Shown here: positions 63,999-64,000 of the stretch, piece by piece
Position numbering within the stretch: the stretch's first letter is position 1
Layout of the letters: each line of letters begins with the position of its first letter
DNA from: Iphione sp. A-MEVVRFRX5
Taxonomy: Eukaryota
Direction: 5' to 3'
DNA: 64,000 bases
Assembly (NCBI GenBank): GCA_976226885.1
Contig: OZ320319.1
Location: 59,520,001-59,584,000, forward strand
Notes under the pieces: generated by a model
The model's input: the letters and a program-made list of their open reading frames with translations, nothing else
The model's database searches: none
Told to the model about the DNA's origin: nothing
Translations under genes and position numbers: made by a program

Positions 63999-64000
63999 AT

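Overview
This is eukaryotic (invertebrate-looking animal) genomic DNA, dominated by one giant muscle gene on the minus strand, an obscurin/UNC-89 family member. I traced 43 coding exons by hand between 49514 and 415, giving about 5,500 aa. All have GT-AG boundaries and consistent splice phases. Domain order N->C: at least 17 Ig (I-set) domains with long low-complexity linkers, including a 3,993-bp exon holding a 330-bp tandem repeat; two SH3; DH (RhoGEF); PH; a Ser/acidic region; 5 Ig; 2 FN3. The gene is open at both ends: the upstream exon was not found in 49.5-64 kb, and the 3' part (kinase domains expected from the family) runs off the left edge. The most interesting features are (1) 15 consecutive symmetric phase-1 exons that each encode half-Ig + linker + half-Ig and so are freely skippable, (2) three short frame-preserving exons missed by the ORF track (42 nt inside the DH domain, 69 nt rich in RxxS, and 180 nt), and (3) a skippable exon packed with FFAT-like [YF]-x-[STD]-A motifs. 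The introns carry several MITEs, and 50-64 kb looks like decayed transposon sequence. The organism cannot be determined from this window.
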